From contig WFZK01000002.1 in the NCBI GenBank assembly GCA_015489595.1, positions 1 to 51,874 of the forward strand: a DNA stretch of 51,874 bases, read 5' to 3'. The notes beneath the pieces are model-generated. The model was not told where the DNA came from, did not search any database, and saw nothing but the letters and a program-made list of their open reading frames with translations. Shown here one piece after another: positions 10,701 to 19,288 of this stretch. The position numbers and the translations under genes were made by a program. This stretch comes from Candidatus Dojkabacteria bacterium. GTDB taxonomy: Bacteria; Patescibacteriota; Dojkabacteria; GCA-002793355. Numbering within the stretch: position 1 is the stretch's first letter; the number at the start of each line of letters is the position of its first letter.

Positions 10701-10871
10701 ACCTTATCGACCCTTTATAAAGATGTAGATTGGCTTGTTGCCCAGATAGTTGAATCCCTGTATGCTCGTGATAAGGAGCGGTTGGATAAACTTCTTCAGC
10801 AGCTTAAGCCTTTAAGCTATGAGCACTGGCTGAGGTTTAAATATTATGAGCAGAAGGTATTGGGAGAGTAA
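7716..10871 (+). CDS. Large single-TM protein with ~980-aa extracytoplasmic beta-rich region; putative anti-sigma/sensor
   Basis: Overlaps ECF sigma 3' end; short N-terminal cytoplasmic segment, TM at about residues 47-67; start may be ATG 7719. Confidence 0.75.
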   Translation: MMKRLSQLLERFFKEFKDEVQQSLDGEALDAVVERKLGFKLYPKPNYFKYVGFLFGMLIGFVFLVWYIPQLRSYVLVSTGVYRYATVHELKTAAKVNPKDSVGTVTIDLGKTPVSDSIRSFVEVVAYEKNKRIPVKFDVSSNGPRVKLTIRDPAYDFVVVRIKRGLMFTDNTVLKNDLSRLIFLRHRPWFNLVDSGFVPASFRVIEFWYDHDFSRSQDKARSLNARGDFKLKTGQKHFAEYDASRLFSVARPASLNIDGIAFKVYPVPAGKYVKPRFTYVSDGEFRFGMRGGDFGPFQFKLYKADLNQLEPYWSSFAQKDIKLNTGPPFKAYSSAQQEVKVPYGLYILEISSESFSEKVPVVSTPLKVWSFYDSSSRVLYFAGLEKKEPLTQYSARVYVRYLDGSTEARDLRVSNTLGSLEFSKPLADYAVLVFYKNRYGFTSNVAEDNYQKALSSLKPVSDSVIWLAGGRVAQLLRRDGSFELYGKQVTSVGYCVLPPGRVRGLKKPYLELFRQKLRVDNLFGVVFVPADKLSEAYQSCDGAVYVGVYDGDKLVGIHKYSEPAERRDLPALFIDPSLKVVKKDQKVRVAIVRVPYAENKLDSLVLSFYRLDIRRGQIFKGEFISKKTFKLGEDQQSFVFEPANMIGIPAYVEVTGLRDGQVVDTEVVYYLPEPVLSVDLSKGGFIKSVVDPVSVRFSSYSGELIGAIEIINHKGEIVKPLEGVHKDYKLDFVSLPEGEYYARVYKNKRLLQVLYLGKVIGSAQKSQIHVSEDKNRVDFGIPQTGTTEFLALIRDGVLASWTRLDLTNPYIGKLDFKRDYTICLGNSCVKNVRTVRDFACEYRTKANDLVIENLPVNAGMAIVKIGDLVHSYKIKQGVLEISGRGVQLPPGLYNAEVYLLGKGIGVYRCRVKIPVKAGVYFKVEGQKVLIFNNTASSFGDTLVFRQKNHFVPLKIAPFSTAMVKLPFTPEKLEFKKTKDAKLLPEYKLAQVLRKDTLSTLYKDVDWLVAQIVESLYARDKERLDKLLQQLKPLSYEHWLRFKYYEQKVLGE

Positions 10872-10923
10872 TTTAGGGGCTGGGGCCCCAAAGGAAGTTA
10901 GCGATAACGGACTGTCCTGTATG

Positions 10924-10953
10924 TTGACTTTATAGGGTTTAATGGTATATAAT
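10924..10953 (+). promoter_or_regulatory. Sigma-70 promoter for small peptide gene
   Basis: TTGACT (10924-29), 18-nt spacer, TATAAT (10948-53). Confidence 0.65.
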
Positions 10954-11036
10954 ATCTTGTACTTTGAAAAGGGGAGGGGAAAGGAGTTAGTAGGATGTCC
11001 TATTTCTCCTTTTGGAAGAAAATAAGGAGGTGAACC

Positions 11037-11126
11037 ATGATACTGCTTGTTTTCCTGATATTGATAATAGTTGGAATAGCCATATTTGTAGGATACATGC
11101 GCTGGATCAGCCAATTCTTCGAATAG
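11037..11126 (+). CDS. Unannotated 29-aa hydrophobic peptide MILLVFLILIIVGIAIFVGYMRWISQFFE (type I toxin-like)
   Basis: Perfect SD AAGGAGGTGA at 11024-33, upstream consensus promoter, single TM helix. Confidence 0.75.
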   Translation: MILLVFLILIIVGIAIFVGYMRWISQFFE

Positions 11127-11215
11127 GTCATTTAGCCCTGTATGAATAATTTAACCCCCTCCCCTTATTCTCTCTCTGGAGTCTCTAATACTTATTGAGC
11201 GTTTGAACCTTTAGG

Positions 11216-12538
11216 TTAGCCTCTTTTTACTGCCAAAAAGTAAGTAATGTTATCTTTCATGTCTTCTAGGTTCGATTCAACTACTGTAAGGTTGTACAGC
11301 TGGCTTAGGGCTATAGGGCCTAAAATGGCTGTGGTTTTTGGGAGTTTTCCTTTAACTAGGGCGTGGGCCGCCTTTGCAGTGTCAATGAGCTCTCCTTTCC
11401 CTGTAATCTGTTTAAGATGTGGATACTTTTGTTTTAGACTGTTTTTGCATTGCTTAAAGACTTGGGGATGGGCCATAATGGCTTTAAGTTCTGAAGTTTT
11501 CACGTCTTTGAGCTTCATAAGATGATGATGAATCGGGATTCCGAATTGGTCTATTATCTTTGCCTTAAATCTTGATAAGGCTTCAACCGACTCCCAGACC
11601 ATCCCTCCGTGAGAATTAAAAGCTGCGAATATTCCAATGTCTATATCACCGTAGTTTAGGGCTTTAAGCACATTGGCTGTGGTGTACAGGTACTTTATTT
11701 TGGGTTTGTTTATCTTTTTAGCTTTGATAAATTTTGTCGCTGCGATCTCGTTAAAACTTCCGGGTCCTCCTTGGATTCCAATGGTTGTGTATGGGGGATT
11801 GGCTTTGGTGGACAGGACTTTATTGTGAATTTTTTCAATCGCTTGCATTAGTTTTATGCGCATAGCCTTGGTGTAAGGGTTGTATCTTTGTAGGTCTAGG
11901 AAGAGTTCCATGGTATCATTGGTGGTCTGAACTGTGAGCTCGTACAGTTTTTTAGCGCCCATGGTATCAATCGGTGTGGGTTTAAGTCCGAATTTGGCAA
12001 GGGATCTACCTAAGAAATGTACGACTCCTTGCGAGAAGGCAGCCATCTTGTCGTGCTGTTTTGGGGTAAGTTCAATTACTTTAAGTCCTAGGCTTTCGAG
12101 GGTACGCTTCCAGAATTTAAATTCGTCTGAAGGGGCCGATAAGTTATGGATAACCCAAGGCAGTTCATCAAAACCGTGTCTGCTAGAGTCAGGTCCAAAC
12201 ATTGGATGGTTTAAAATTACTTTTCTAGGATACTTTTTGATGGCTTGCCTTAGCACTTCATAAGGGTGCATCTTGACAGAGAGAACATCAAAGATCGTGG
12301 TATCTTCAGGTACATATGGTAGGTGTTTTAGTAACACGCGTTTGAATTTTCCGATAGGTACAGCGAAAAACACTGCTTTAGGATTGTGGCTATAGAGGCT
12401 TTTAATTGAAGTAACAATGGTTACATTTTTTACCCTTTTTACGTCAGGATCAATACCAATAAGTTTGAATTCTGGTGACAGGAGTCTTGCCAGTGTTTTT
12501 CCGAAGCGGCCGAGGCCGACTATGGCGATTGTGTCCAT
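11216..12538 (-). CDS. Prephenate dehydrogenase-prephenate dehydratase fusion (TyrA-PheA, no ACT domain)
   Basis: N-half GLGRFG, DVLSVK, HPMFGP, HDKMAAFSQ; C-half QGGPGSFNE.A, NSHGG.V, HPQVFKQC, TAKAA, N.TYF. Confidence 0.88.
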   Translation of the reverse strand: MDTIAIVGLGRFGKTLARLLSPEFKLIGIDPDVKRVKNVTIVTSIKSLYSHNPKAVFFAVPIGKFKRVLLKHLPYVPEDTTIFDVLSVKMHPYEVLRQAIKKYPRKVILNHPMFGPDSSRHGFDELPWVIHNLSAPSDEFKFWKRTLESLGLKVIELTPKQHDKMAAFSQGVVHFLGRSLAKFGLKPTPIDTMGAKKLYELTVQTTNDTMELFLDLQRYNPYTKAMRIKLMQAIEKIHNKVLSTKANPPYTTIGIQGGPGSFNEIAATKFIKAKKINKPKIKYLYTTANVLKALNYGDIDIGIFAAFNSHGGMVWESVEALSRFKAKIIDQFGIPIHHHLMKLKDVKTSELKAIMAHPQVFKQCKNSLKQKYPHLKQITGKGELIDTAKAAHALVKGKLPKTTAILGPIALSQLYNLTVVESNLEDMKDNITYFLAVKRG

Positions 12539-12556
12539 TAGGTATTGTAGTGCAAT

Positions 12557-12607
12557 TTAGGGCGTGGGGCAAAATGCGGGAGTAGCGCATTTTGCCCCAC
12601 GCCCTAA
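12557..12607. repeat. Dispersed palindrome family copy 2
   Basis: Perfect 22-bp arms TTAGGGCGTGGGGCAAAATGCG, 7-nt loop. Confidence 0.95.
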
Positions 12608-12683
12608 GGTGGGCTCGTCTTTCATGGTGGAGGAGAGTCGCTATACGTAGGGTTATTCAAAAAAACTTGGGAGGGAAGCAATT

Positions 12684-12735
12684 TTAGGGGGCTTACGCAA
12701 AATCGGCTTTTTTCGATTTTGCGTAAGCCCCCTAA
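12684..12735. repeat. Dispersed palindrome family copy 3
   Basis: Perfect 22-bp arms TTAGGGGGCTTACGCAAAATCG, 8-nt loop; includes the stop codon of the O-antigen ligase-like gene. Confidence 0.95.
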
Positions 12736-14105
12736 TTTCGTCTTTTGTCCCGATGTATTCCCCACCACCAGGTAAGAGGGTCCCAGAATCCGAAGTAGAA
12801 AATGGTTGATACGGATAAGAAAGGTAGGGCTAGAGAAAGCGCGGTTGTAAATGCGCTGTCAGCGGAGGGTTTGTCTAAGGTAATCTTTATTTGTCTTATG
12901 TAAAGAACCCACAGATATATAAGTATAGCCACATAAACCACAAAGCCGGGTAGGCCTTGTTCCATAATAAGGGTGGCATAAAGTGAGTGGGCAGATGCTC
13001 CAAATTTAGCTTTAGGATCGATCTTCTCAATGTACACCATGGGAAAACTCCCTAAGCCCCATGGGATAAGTTTGTGAGACAATGCAAGCTTTACAGCTAT
13101 TGAGCTTAGACGCACATGGGTTCTTGCTGAGGCATCTCGGGTTACAGAGAATACGGATTTTACATATCTTGTGGTTGTTTTAATTACTTGAGATCTTACG
13201 GGTGTCATAAGGATAAGGCCTACTATAAAAAGTGTGGTAAGAATTGTCCTTACTGCAACCAATTTAATCACCGATAGCGCTATTGAATGTTTCTTTACAA
13301 TTCCGTAAGCTACCAGTGGGGCCATCACGGCGATAAAGCCCAGCAGTGCACTTCTTGAGAATGTAAAGATGTAATTGCCTATTGTCAGTATTTGAATCTT
13401 TGTGAGCCAGTCGCTGTAATTTTGTTCAAGCTTAGGAGAAAGATAAAGTACAACAGAGATCGCAAGTACGATAAGTAGAAACATCGCATAAACGTTTGTG
13501 TCGCCTAAAAGACCAGGGGGACGAAGAATATAATGCTTGTAGCTTAGATATTGGGCAAGGGGCTTGTCTATAAAGTAGCCGTTGAATAGGAACTTTCTAA
13601 ATAGCAGTGGAAGTTTTTTGTATCCTGATCTGAATCTGTATATAGTGTAGACCTGTAGGATACTTAGAAGAAAGCCGTAGGCCACGATAAAAAACATCGC
13701 CTTTATCCAGAGTCCAATAATCTTAAGTTTTAGCCTGGATTTTATAAGCCATCTAGCCCAGATTGATGTGGCAAATCCCAGGAGATAGCTTATATGAAGA
13801 TAGGCGAGCATACTTATGCTCAAAGAGAGGTATTTACTAAACACTAAGCTTATGAAATTTACTAAGCTAAGAGAACCGAAGATTATCACTTGAATTTTGT
13901 ATGTTTGTAAAAATTGTTTTAGCCCAAGATCAGCGATTTCTAACAATACTATCACTGCAGCGATCGCACTTAAGAGTAGGAGCCCTGGATTTATATGTTT
14001 GTTTAAGGAGCTAATAGATATGGTAACCGTAAAGGCTCTAAATAAAAGTAGTATCGGAGAAAAAGCCCACAATATAAGCATCGTGCGCTTTAGGGATTTT
14101 TTCAT
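12732..14105 (-). CDS. O-antigen ligase/Wzy_C family membrane protein
   Basis: Multi-TM; R..G..GD.N, TFSRSA, WG.G.F, AHSLY...E.G..G motifs; start placed at 14105 by -10 position. Confidence 0.88.
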   Translation of the reverse strand: MKKSLKRTMLILWAFSPILLLFRAFTVTISISSLNKHINPGLLLLSAIAAVIVLLEIADLGLKQFLQTYKIQVIIFGSLSLVNFISLVFSKYLSLSISMLAYLHISYLLGFATSIWARWLIKSRLKLKIIGLWIKAMFFIVAYGFLLSILQVYTIYRFRSGYKKLPLLFRKFLFNGYFIDKPLAQYLSYKHYILRPPGLLGDTNVYAMFLLIVLAISVVLYLSPKLEQNYSDWLTKIQILTIGNYIFTFSRSALLGFIAVMAPLVAYGIVKKHSIALSVIKLVAVRTILTTLFIVGLILMTPVRSQVIKTTTRYVKSVFSVTRDASARTHVRLSSIAVKLALSHKLIPWGLGSFPMVYIEKIDPKAKFGASAHSLYATLIMEQGLPGFVVYVAILIYLWVLYIRQIKITLDKPSADSAFTTALSLALPFLSVSTIFYFGFWDPLTWWWGIHRDKRRN

Positions 14106-14292
14106 TTTAAATTCTAGCATAGAGAGTGGAGTTGGTGGGGATGCAGGGGGCTGGGGTCTCCAATGGTAAATGACGATTCTATCTTCTGCGCCTTTAATTG
14201 TTTTATCGTTCTAGGAGGCGATTTTCTCAGGGTGCCAAATAAAACATATTTTGACGTGCAGGGTTTACCCTATTTGCCCGCGCCTGCAACCG

Positions 14293-15000
14293 TTAAGCCT
14301 CCGGTGGCTCTTCGGGGGGCGGTGGGACTGGTAGAGTGGATTTCATTCTGTATGCTACGTAAGCTACCTGAATGGCCTGAGTCTTATCTCCAGGTGGAGG
14401 TGGAGCAAGTTCCTCTTTACCTTCTTGTTCTGCTTTTAGTATTTTCGCGAGGTAATCTAGAGCGGCGAGAAGAAGGGGCGAAGTCTGCTCTTGGTCAGCC
14501 CAAGGTGGTGTTTTAGTTACTATCTCTCTTATCTGTAAAATTGTGGAGGGGTCTGGCGGAATCCGCCCTATGAAGTCTATATAGGGCATTCGCCTCTCCA
14601 TGAGTTCTCTTACGATTTTTGCCGCTTCTTGAATTTGCTGGTTGGGGGCCTTTGATAACCTTTCCCTTACTTCAGTAGGAGATAGGTGAGATTGGAATAA
14701 GGGATCTTGTAGCAGGCTCAGGAGGAGCTCTCCGAGAGTGGTTGCATACAGCATTATTTTAGATAACCTCTCTGAAAGATCGATTACCTCTTCAGGCGCT
14801 GTCTCTATACAGGCGACTAAGGTGTCCCATTGTCCGATAGCCTGGCGTATATCTGAGATGTCTTTTTCCGTTAGTTCAGGGAAATGCTCTGAAAGAAAGT
14901 TGGGAGCAGCTCTTTGTGTAGCTAGTTCAATTATTTTCGCTAGCTCTGTGGGGGTAAGAGTTGGTTGAGTGGTTTCTAGTTCTGTTTTGGATGGAGACAT
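14293..15000 (-). CDS. Hypothetical protein (helical, Pro-rich C-terminus)
   Basis: 235-aa ORF filling the gap; no recognised motif. Confidence 0.6.
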   Translation of the reverse strand: MSPSKTELETTQPTLTPTELAKIIELATQRAAPNFLSEHFPELTEKDISDIRQAIGQWDTLVACIETAPEEVIDLSERLSKIMLYATTLGELLLSLLQDPLFQSHLSPTEVRERLSKAPNQQIQEAAKIVRELMERRMPYIDFIGRIPPDPSTILQIREIVTKTPPWADQEQTSPLLLAALDYLAKILKAEQEGKEELAPPPPGDKTQAIQVAYVAYRMKSTLPVPPPPEEPPEA

Positions 15001-15273
15001 AGTCTTGGCTTATAATTTTATTATATAGGTCTTTTCTATTATAACACAACTTTTAGATTTGAAAGCATCTAGGTAAGGTAAAGAGCGTTTAACGATTCGA
15101 AGATTTATGTTTTGCAGGGACCTTTTATATGTGGTGTCAGTGGGTAGCAGAATTTTTATCTACTACGCCTTGAATTGGTTCCCTGAAAACCTCGACTAAG
15201 GTTATTAGGATGCGAAGAATATTTCCTGATCTTTTATTTTGCCTACTTTTAAAGCTGATGCTTTAATACCAAA

Positions 15274-16551
15274 GTGAGGGTCGCCATAGTACATGATAAA
15301 CTTTGTGAGCCCGGAGGGGCAGAGTTTATTCTTAAGATACTTATGAAAATTTTCCCTAGCGCCGACATTTACACATTATTTTATGACCGGACGCAGTATC
15401 CTTTTCTTAAGGAGAGGCGTGTGATTACTTCTTTCCTTGACGTGATATGCAAGGTGCCCCTTCTAAAATCAAGATACAGGTTGCTGTTTCCTTTTGTATA
15501 CTGGGCTTTTTCGAGTTTTGATTTAAGCGCCTATGATGCGGTAATTAACATCAGTTTTATAGGTGGACACACTGCTGGGGAGAAGGCTTTAAGTTCAGAT
15601 GTAGCAAAGCAGAGTAACATGCGGCGAGTTTTAGGTTCTGTAGACGGGTTTGCCGTTGGCAAAAAATCTGATGCCGGTTTACAGATTCATACTAACGGCG
15701 GTATTCCTAACAGAAAGCCTTTAAAAATTGTATATTTCCAAACTCCTCCTAGACATCTGTGGATAGAGCAAGACAGATATTTGTCGTCTGTTCCGGGAAT
15801 TTTTCTCCCCATTGCAAAGAAGGTTTGGAATTATCTAAAAGCGAAAGACTTAAATGTGGCCCCGTCGCTGTGGTATGTTTTAGCTAATTCTACAGAGGTA
15901 AAAAAAAGGGTTGAGAAGGTCTACGGCATAGACAACGTGCAGGTGCTTTATCCACCAGTTGAGGTAAGAAAAATAATTAAGGCGAGGCAGGTGCGCCGGG
16001 TTAAAAAAGGCGATTTCTATCTTATTCTTTCAAGGCTTATGGAGTATAAGCGTTTTGATATAGCAGTTTCTGCGTTTGCGTCTCTAAGGGTAAAAAGATT
16101 GATTGTGGCAGGGACAGGGCCAGAACTCGCTAAACTCAAGCGTATAGCTTCCGGGGCGAAAAATATAGAATTTTTAGGCCGTGTCGACGAAGCTACTAAG
16201 CTAGATCTGTTGGCAAGGGCAAAGGCATTGATTTTGCCTGGAAGGGAAGACTTTGGGATTGTGATGGCAGAGGCTTTGGCTGCAGGGACCCCAGTGATTG
16301 GGTACTACAAAGGAGGGGCTGCCGAGATACTTACGGGTAGGCAAGCAAATGTTGCCGAACCTGGCCTTCAGCCTGGTGGCGTTTTGATTGAAGACCAAAC
16401 TGTTAAAGGAATTGTTTCAGCTATTAAGCTAATAGAGAAGCAGCGCTGGCCTGTTAGAAAGCTTCAGGCTTTAGTTGAAAAATATGATGTCTCAAACTTT
16501 GTGGAGAAGTTTAAGGACGAGGTCTTTAAGGGGCTTGCGCCGGAATCGTAG
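15274..16551 (+). CDS. Glycosyltransferase family 4
   Basis: RVAIVHD...GGAE, YKR.D, EDFGIVMAEALAAGTPVI motifs. Confidence 0.93.
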   Translation: MRVAIVHDKLCEPGGAEFILKILMKIFPSADIYTLFYDRTQYPFLKERRVITSFLDVICKVPLLKSRYRLLFPFVYWAFSSFDLSAYDAVINISFIGGHTAGEKALSSDVAKQSNMRRVLGSVDGFAVGKKSDAGLQIHTNGGIPNRKPLKIVYFQTPPRHLWIEQDRYLSSVPGIFLPIAKKVWNYLKAKDLNVAPSLWYVLANSTEVKKRVEKVYGIDNVQVLYPPVEVRKIIKARQVRRVKKGDFYLILSRLMEYKRFDIAVSAFASLRVKRLIVAGTGPELAKLKRIASGAKNIEFLGRVDEATKLDLLARAKALILPGREDFGIVMAEALAAGTPVIGYYKGGAAEILTGRQANVAEPGLQPGGVLIEDQTVKGIVSAIKLIEKQRWPVRKLQALVEKYDVSNFVEKFKDEVFKGLAPES

Positions 16552-16596
16552 GGTTGGGGGCAAAAATCGACTTTTCTCGATTTTTGCCCCCAACCC
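16551..16596. repeat. Dispersed palindrome family copy 4
   Basis: Perfect 20-bp arms GGGTTGGGGGCAAAAATCGA, 6-nt loop; begins at GT4 TAG stop. Confidence 0.95.
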
Positions 16597-16757
16597 CTAA
16601 CATGTCTCTAAGCTGGTTCGAATTAGCCTGCTGGAGGAGTAGCCATGCGTTTGGCTGGGAGGATGTGTTTGTTTGGATCTGTTTTTGGCCGCTTGGATAA
16701 GAGCTGCTAGAACCAGGGGAAAGTTGTATTCATTACCTAGAAGACTAGTTCTGGAGT

Positions 16758-18047
16758 TTAAATGTTGTATCTAAGCTCAATAAGTGAAAGATAATAAACG
16801 GAGGAGATAAGGGCTACTAAAATATCTGTATAGACTATCCCTGCTACGCCGAATTTGGGGATAAACAGTATGGCGAGCAAAAGGGTGAGTGGAGTTCTAA
16901 CGGCCGTAGTAAAAATTATAAGAGCCTTTTGTTTCTTTGCCATCTCTAGGGTGGTGACAAAAACATTTTGAAATACATTGATAATACCGTTAATTATCTG
17001 AAGATCCACTATATAAGCAAATTTAACGTATAGTGGGCCTATTTTAGAAAGCAGAGGACCTTTGATAATAATCAGGCCAGCGGCCAGTGGGACCATCATT
17101 CCTAAGCTGAGTAAAATTGATTTGTATCGTAACTTTCTTAACCTGGCTCTGTCTTGGGTTTCAAGGGATTCAACTAAATGCGGAATAGTGGTATTAACCA
17201 CAGCATTCGCAGGTATTCCTAAGACCCCTAAAATTCTCTGAAGGCTTACAAGAACTCCAAGCTCTACTATCCCTGCTAGTCTTGCTTTGATCGAACTGTA
17301 GAGAAAATTCGAGATGTTAGAGACTATGCGGAGCAGGTATATTCCGCCTCCAAAGCTTAAAAGATCATCTGGTCTGTATCTAGGATTTAGACTAGGTTTA
17401 AACTTTAAGGAGGCTTTGTGTTGGAAATAAGCTCCTGCGATTATCGTAGTAAGCCACGCGGAGATTACAGAGATAAGATTGTAGACATAGGACGGTTTAG
17501 GGAGGTGCAAAAGCTCAAGGAATATAAGTGAAATTAAGCTGAATGTTGGAATAACTGCGGAATCAAATGTGGTGGAGGCTACTATTAATCCTTTGCCCCT
17601 TAACCCTCGGATAAAGAATGTTAGGAATATCCAGGGCGTGACACCCACCATTATGATCCTAAGCGGGGTAGCAAGCGTTGGTTTGTGTAAAATCTCTGAG
17701 GCTACGAATGGGGCAGAAAGTTCGAATATAAACGTGATGATTACACCGCTTGTAAGAAGCAGCCCTGTGACGTATGAGTAAAGTTTTTGGAGCCTTTGTT
17801 TGGGTGGATTTGTAGAGATGTGGCGCATTATATATACGTCCATTCCTAGGGTGCTGAAACTAAACACAGAGTCTAGTATCTCCTTTGAGATGGAGTAGAC
17901 TCCAATAATAAAGTCGCCTAAGATCTTGATAGCTACTATTCTTAAGATCAGGCTAATAAATTTTCCTGTGGTTCGAACTGTTGCCGCAGCTACGCTTCGC
18001 CTGAAGATACTGGAGCGTAGGGATTTTTTTATTAATCTTTTTATCAT
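16758..18047 (-). CDS. Wzx/MOP-family oligosaccharide flippase
   Basis: About 12 TM; LG....GVY and IPKFG..G patterns; glycan-cluster context. Confidence 0.8.
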   Translation of the reverse strand: MIKRLIKKSLRSSIFRRSVAAATVRTTGKFISLILRIVAIKILGDFIIGVYSISKEILDSVFSFSTLGMDVYIMRHISTNPPKQRLQKLYSYVTGLLLTSGVIITFIFELSAPFVASEILHKPTLATPLRIIMVGVTPWIFLTFFIRGLRGKGLIVASTTFDSAVIPTFSLISLIFLELLHLPKPSYVYNLISVISAWLTTIIAGAYFQHKASLKFKPSLNPRYRPDDLLSFGGGIYLLRIVSNISNFLYSSIKARLAGIVELGVLVSLQRILGVLGIPANAVVNTTIPHLVESLETQDRARLRKLRYKSILLSLGMMVPLAAGLIIIKGPLLSKIGPLYVKFAYIVDLQIINGIINVFQNVFVTTLEMAKKQKALIIFTTAVRTPLTLLLAILFIPKFGVAGIVYTDILVALISSVYYLSLIELRYNI

Positions 18048-19267
18048 GTCTTAAGAAGCTGGGTGATGTAATCTTCTAGTTGTCGCACATCGGCGTATTT
18101 GAGATAGGCCTGTATCTGTTTTTCTCTTAGCAGCTTTGCTTCTTTGTTTGATAAGAGATATTTTAAAATAAGTAAAGCGAGCCTTTCGGGATCGTCGGTG
18201 TTTGGGATTGTTTTCGTAAGCCCTGCCGGAAGGCCTTCTAGACCTTTCGTGGTAGATATCGTAGGGATTCCCATCTGTAGGTTTCTTAAGATTTTGATCT
18301 TTATGCCTGATCCCATCCAGATTGGGGCTATTGCCAAAGTGGCTGACCTGAAAAATTCCTTTACTTTATCTTCAGGAATAAACCCTGCCAGGCTGACCCC
18401 AGGGGCACTAGACACCGCCTTTTTTAAAACCTCAGGAGCATTTTTACCTGCGATTACGAATTGAGCATTCGGTGCCTTGGCGTAAATTATGGGCCAAGTT
18501 TTTTTAAGGAACCTTAGTATTCCTTCTAAGTTAGGATACCACTTAAGGTTAGAGAGGATCTTAATCGTTGGAGTTTTTCCTGGACTATATGTTACAAAGT
18601 CTGGTTTGAAGAATCCCGGCGGGTACGTCTCCACATTTTTTATCCCCCAGCTTTTAAATGTCTGAGCATCTTTTTGGCTGATAGATGTGACCAAATCGAA
18701 CTGTTGCAGGAAATATTTCTCATTTTTTTGAGCTAAGAAAAGTTCAAGATATAAAGGCAGCGTTGTTAGTTTTTTGATTCCAGAGGCATAAACAATGTAG
18801 TCCTTAATCAGGTTAGATTCTACGTTGTGAGAAAAGAATATGAATTTTGGTCTAGGCGAACTTCTGTTGATGACTTTTCGAATGTGAGGAGCGAAAACCA
18901 GGGGGACAGCTTTATCTATAATAACGTGGGTAAATCTTTGAGATTTGATAAGTTCGACAACTGTGCTTAGAAAGCGCTCGGAATAGTCGCGATAGAAGTA
19001 GTATGATTTGCCGTGAGTCCAGAAGCTAAGCATGCGTGATCTTGGGGCCCTTGTCCATTTGACCAGATATATCGGCAAATCTTTAAACTCCTGAAGGTGG
19101 GCTTCTTGAGGTTTAAAGACGTCTTCCTGAATATACGTAACTACTGTTGGATTCGTGGTCTTTTTTATAGCGCGAAGAATGCTGGCCGTTACGTTTCTGC
19201 CTCCGTCTGTCTCTGGAAATGGCCAGAAGCTTGTTATAAACAAAACTTTGGGTGCTTTAGAAGGCAT
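18044..19267 (-). CDS. Glycosyltransferase family 4
   Basis: P.P..DGG, HNVE, W.PN.EG, P...GSGIKIKI...G.P.IST..G.EG. Confidence 0.9.
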   Translation of the reverse strand: MPSKAPKVLFITSFWPFPETDGGRNVTASILRAIKKTTNPTVVTYIQEDVFKPQEAHLQEFKDLPIYLVKWTRAPRSRMLSFWTHGKSYYFYRDYSERFLSTVVELIKSQRFTHVIIDKAVPLVFAPHIRKVINRSSPRPKFIFFSHNVESNLIKDYIVYASGIKKLTTLPLYLELFLAQKNEKYFLQQFDLVTSISQKDAQTFKSWGIKNVETYPPGFFKPDFVTYSPGKTPTIKILSNLKWYPNLEGILRFLKKTWPIIYAKAPNAQFVIAGKNAPEVLKKAVSSAPGVSLAGFIPEDKVKEFFRSATLAIAPIWMGSGIKIKILRNLQMGIPTISTTKGLEGLPAGLTKTIPNTDDPERLALLILKYLLSNKEAKLLREKQIQAYLKYADVRQLEDYITQLLKT

Positions 19268-19269
19268 GA

Positions 19270-19285
19270 TGCTATAATTATACCA
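19270..19285. promoter_or_regulatory. Overlapping bidirectional extended -10 promoter
   Basis: TGCTATAATTATACCA reads TGnTATAAT on both strands between divergent starts at 19267 and 19289. Confidence 0.7.
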
Positions 19286-19288
19286 GCA

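Noticed and set aside
10812-11114. 100-aa minus-strand ORF
   Set aside because: No recognisable features; it is antisense to the better-supported promoter, SD and 29-aa peptide.
15107-15199. 30-codon ORF (MFCRDLL...) and loose CAGGGA/TCCCTG pairing; similar loose pairing near 34736-34777
   Set aside because: No SD or correctly placed -10, and the pairing is short and could be chance.
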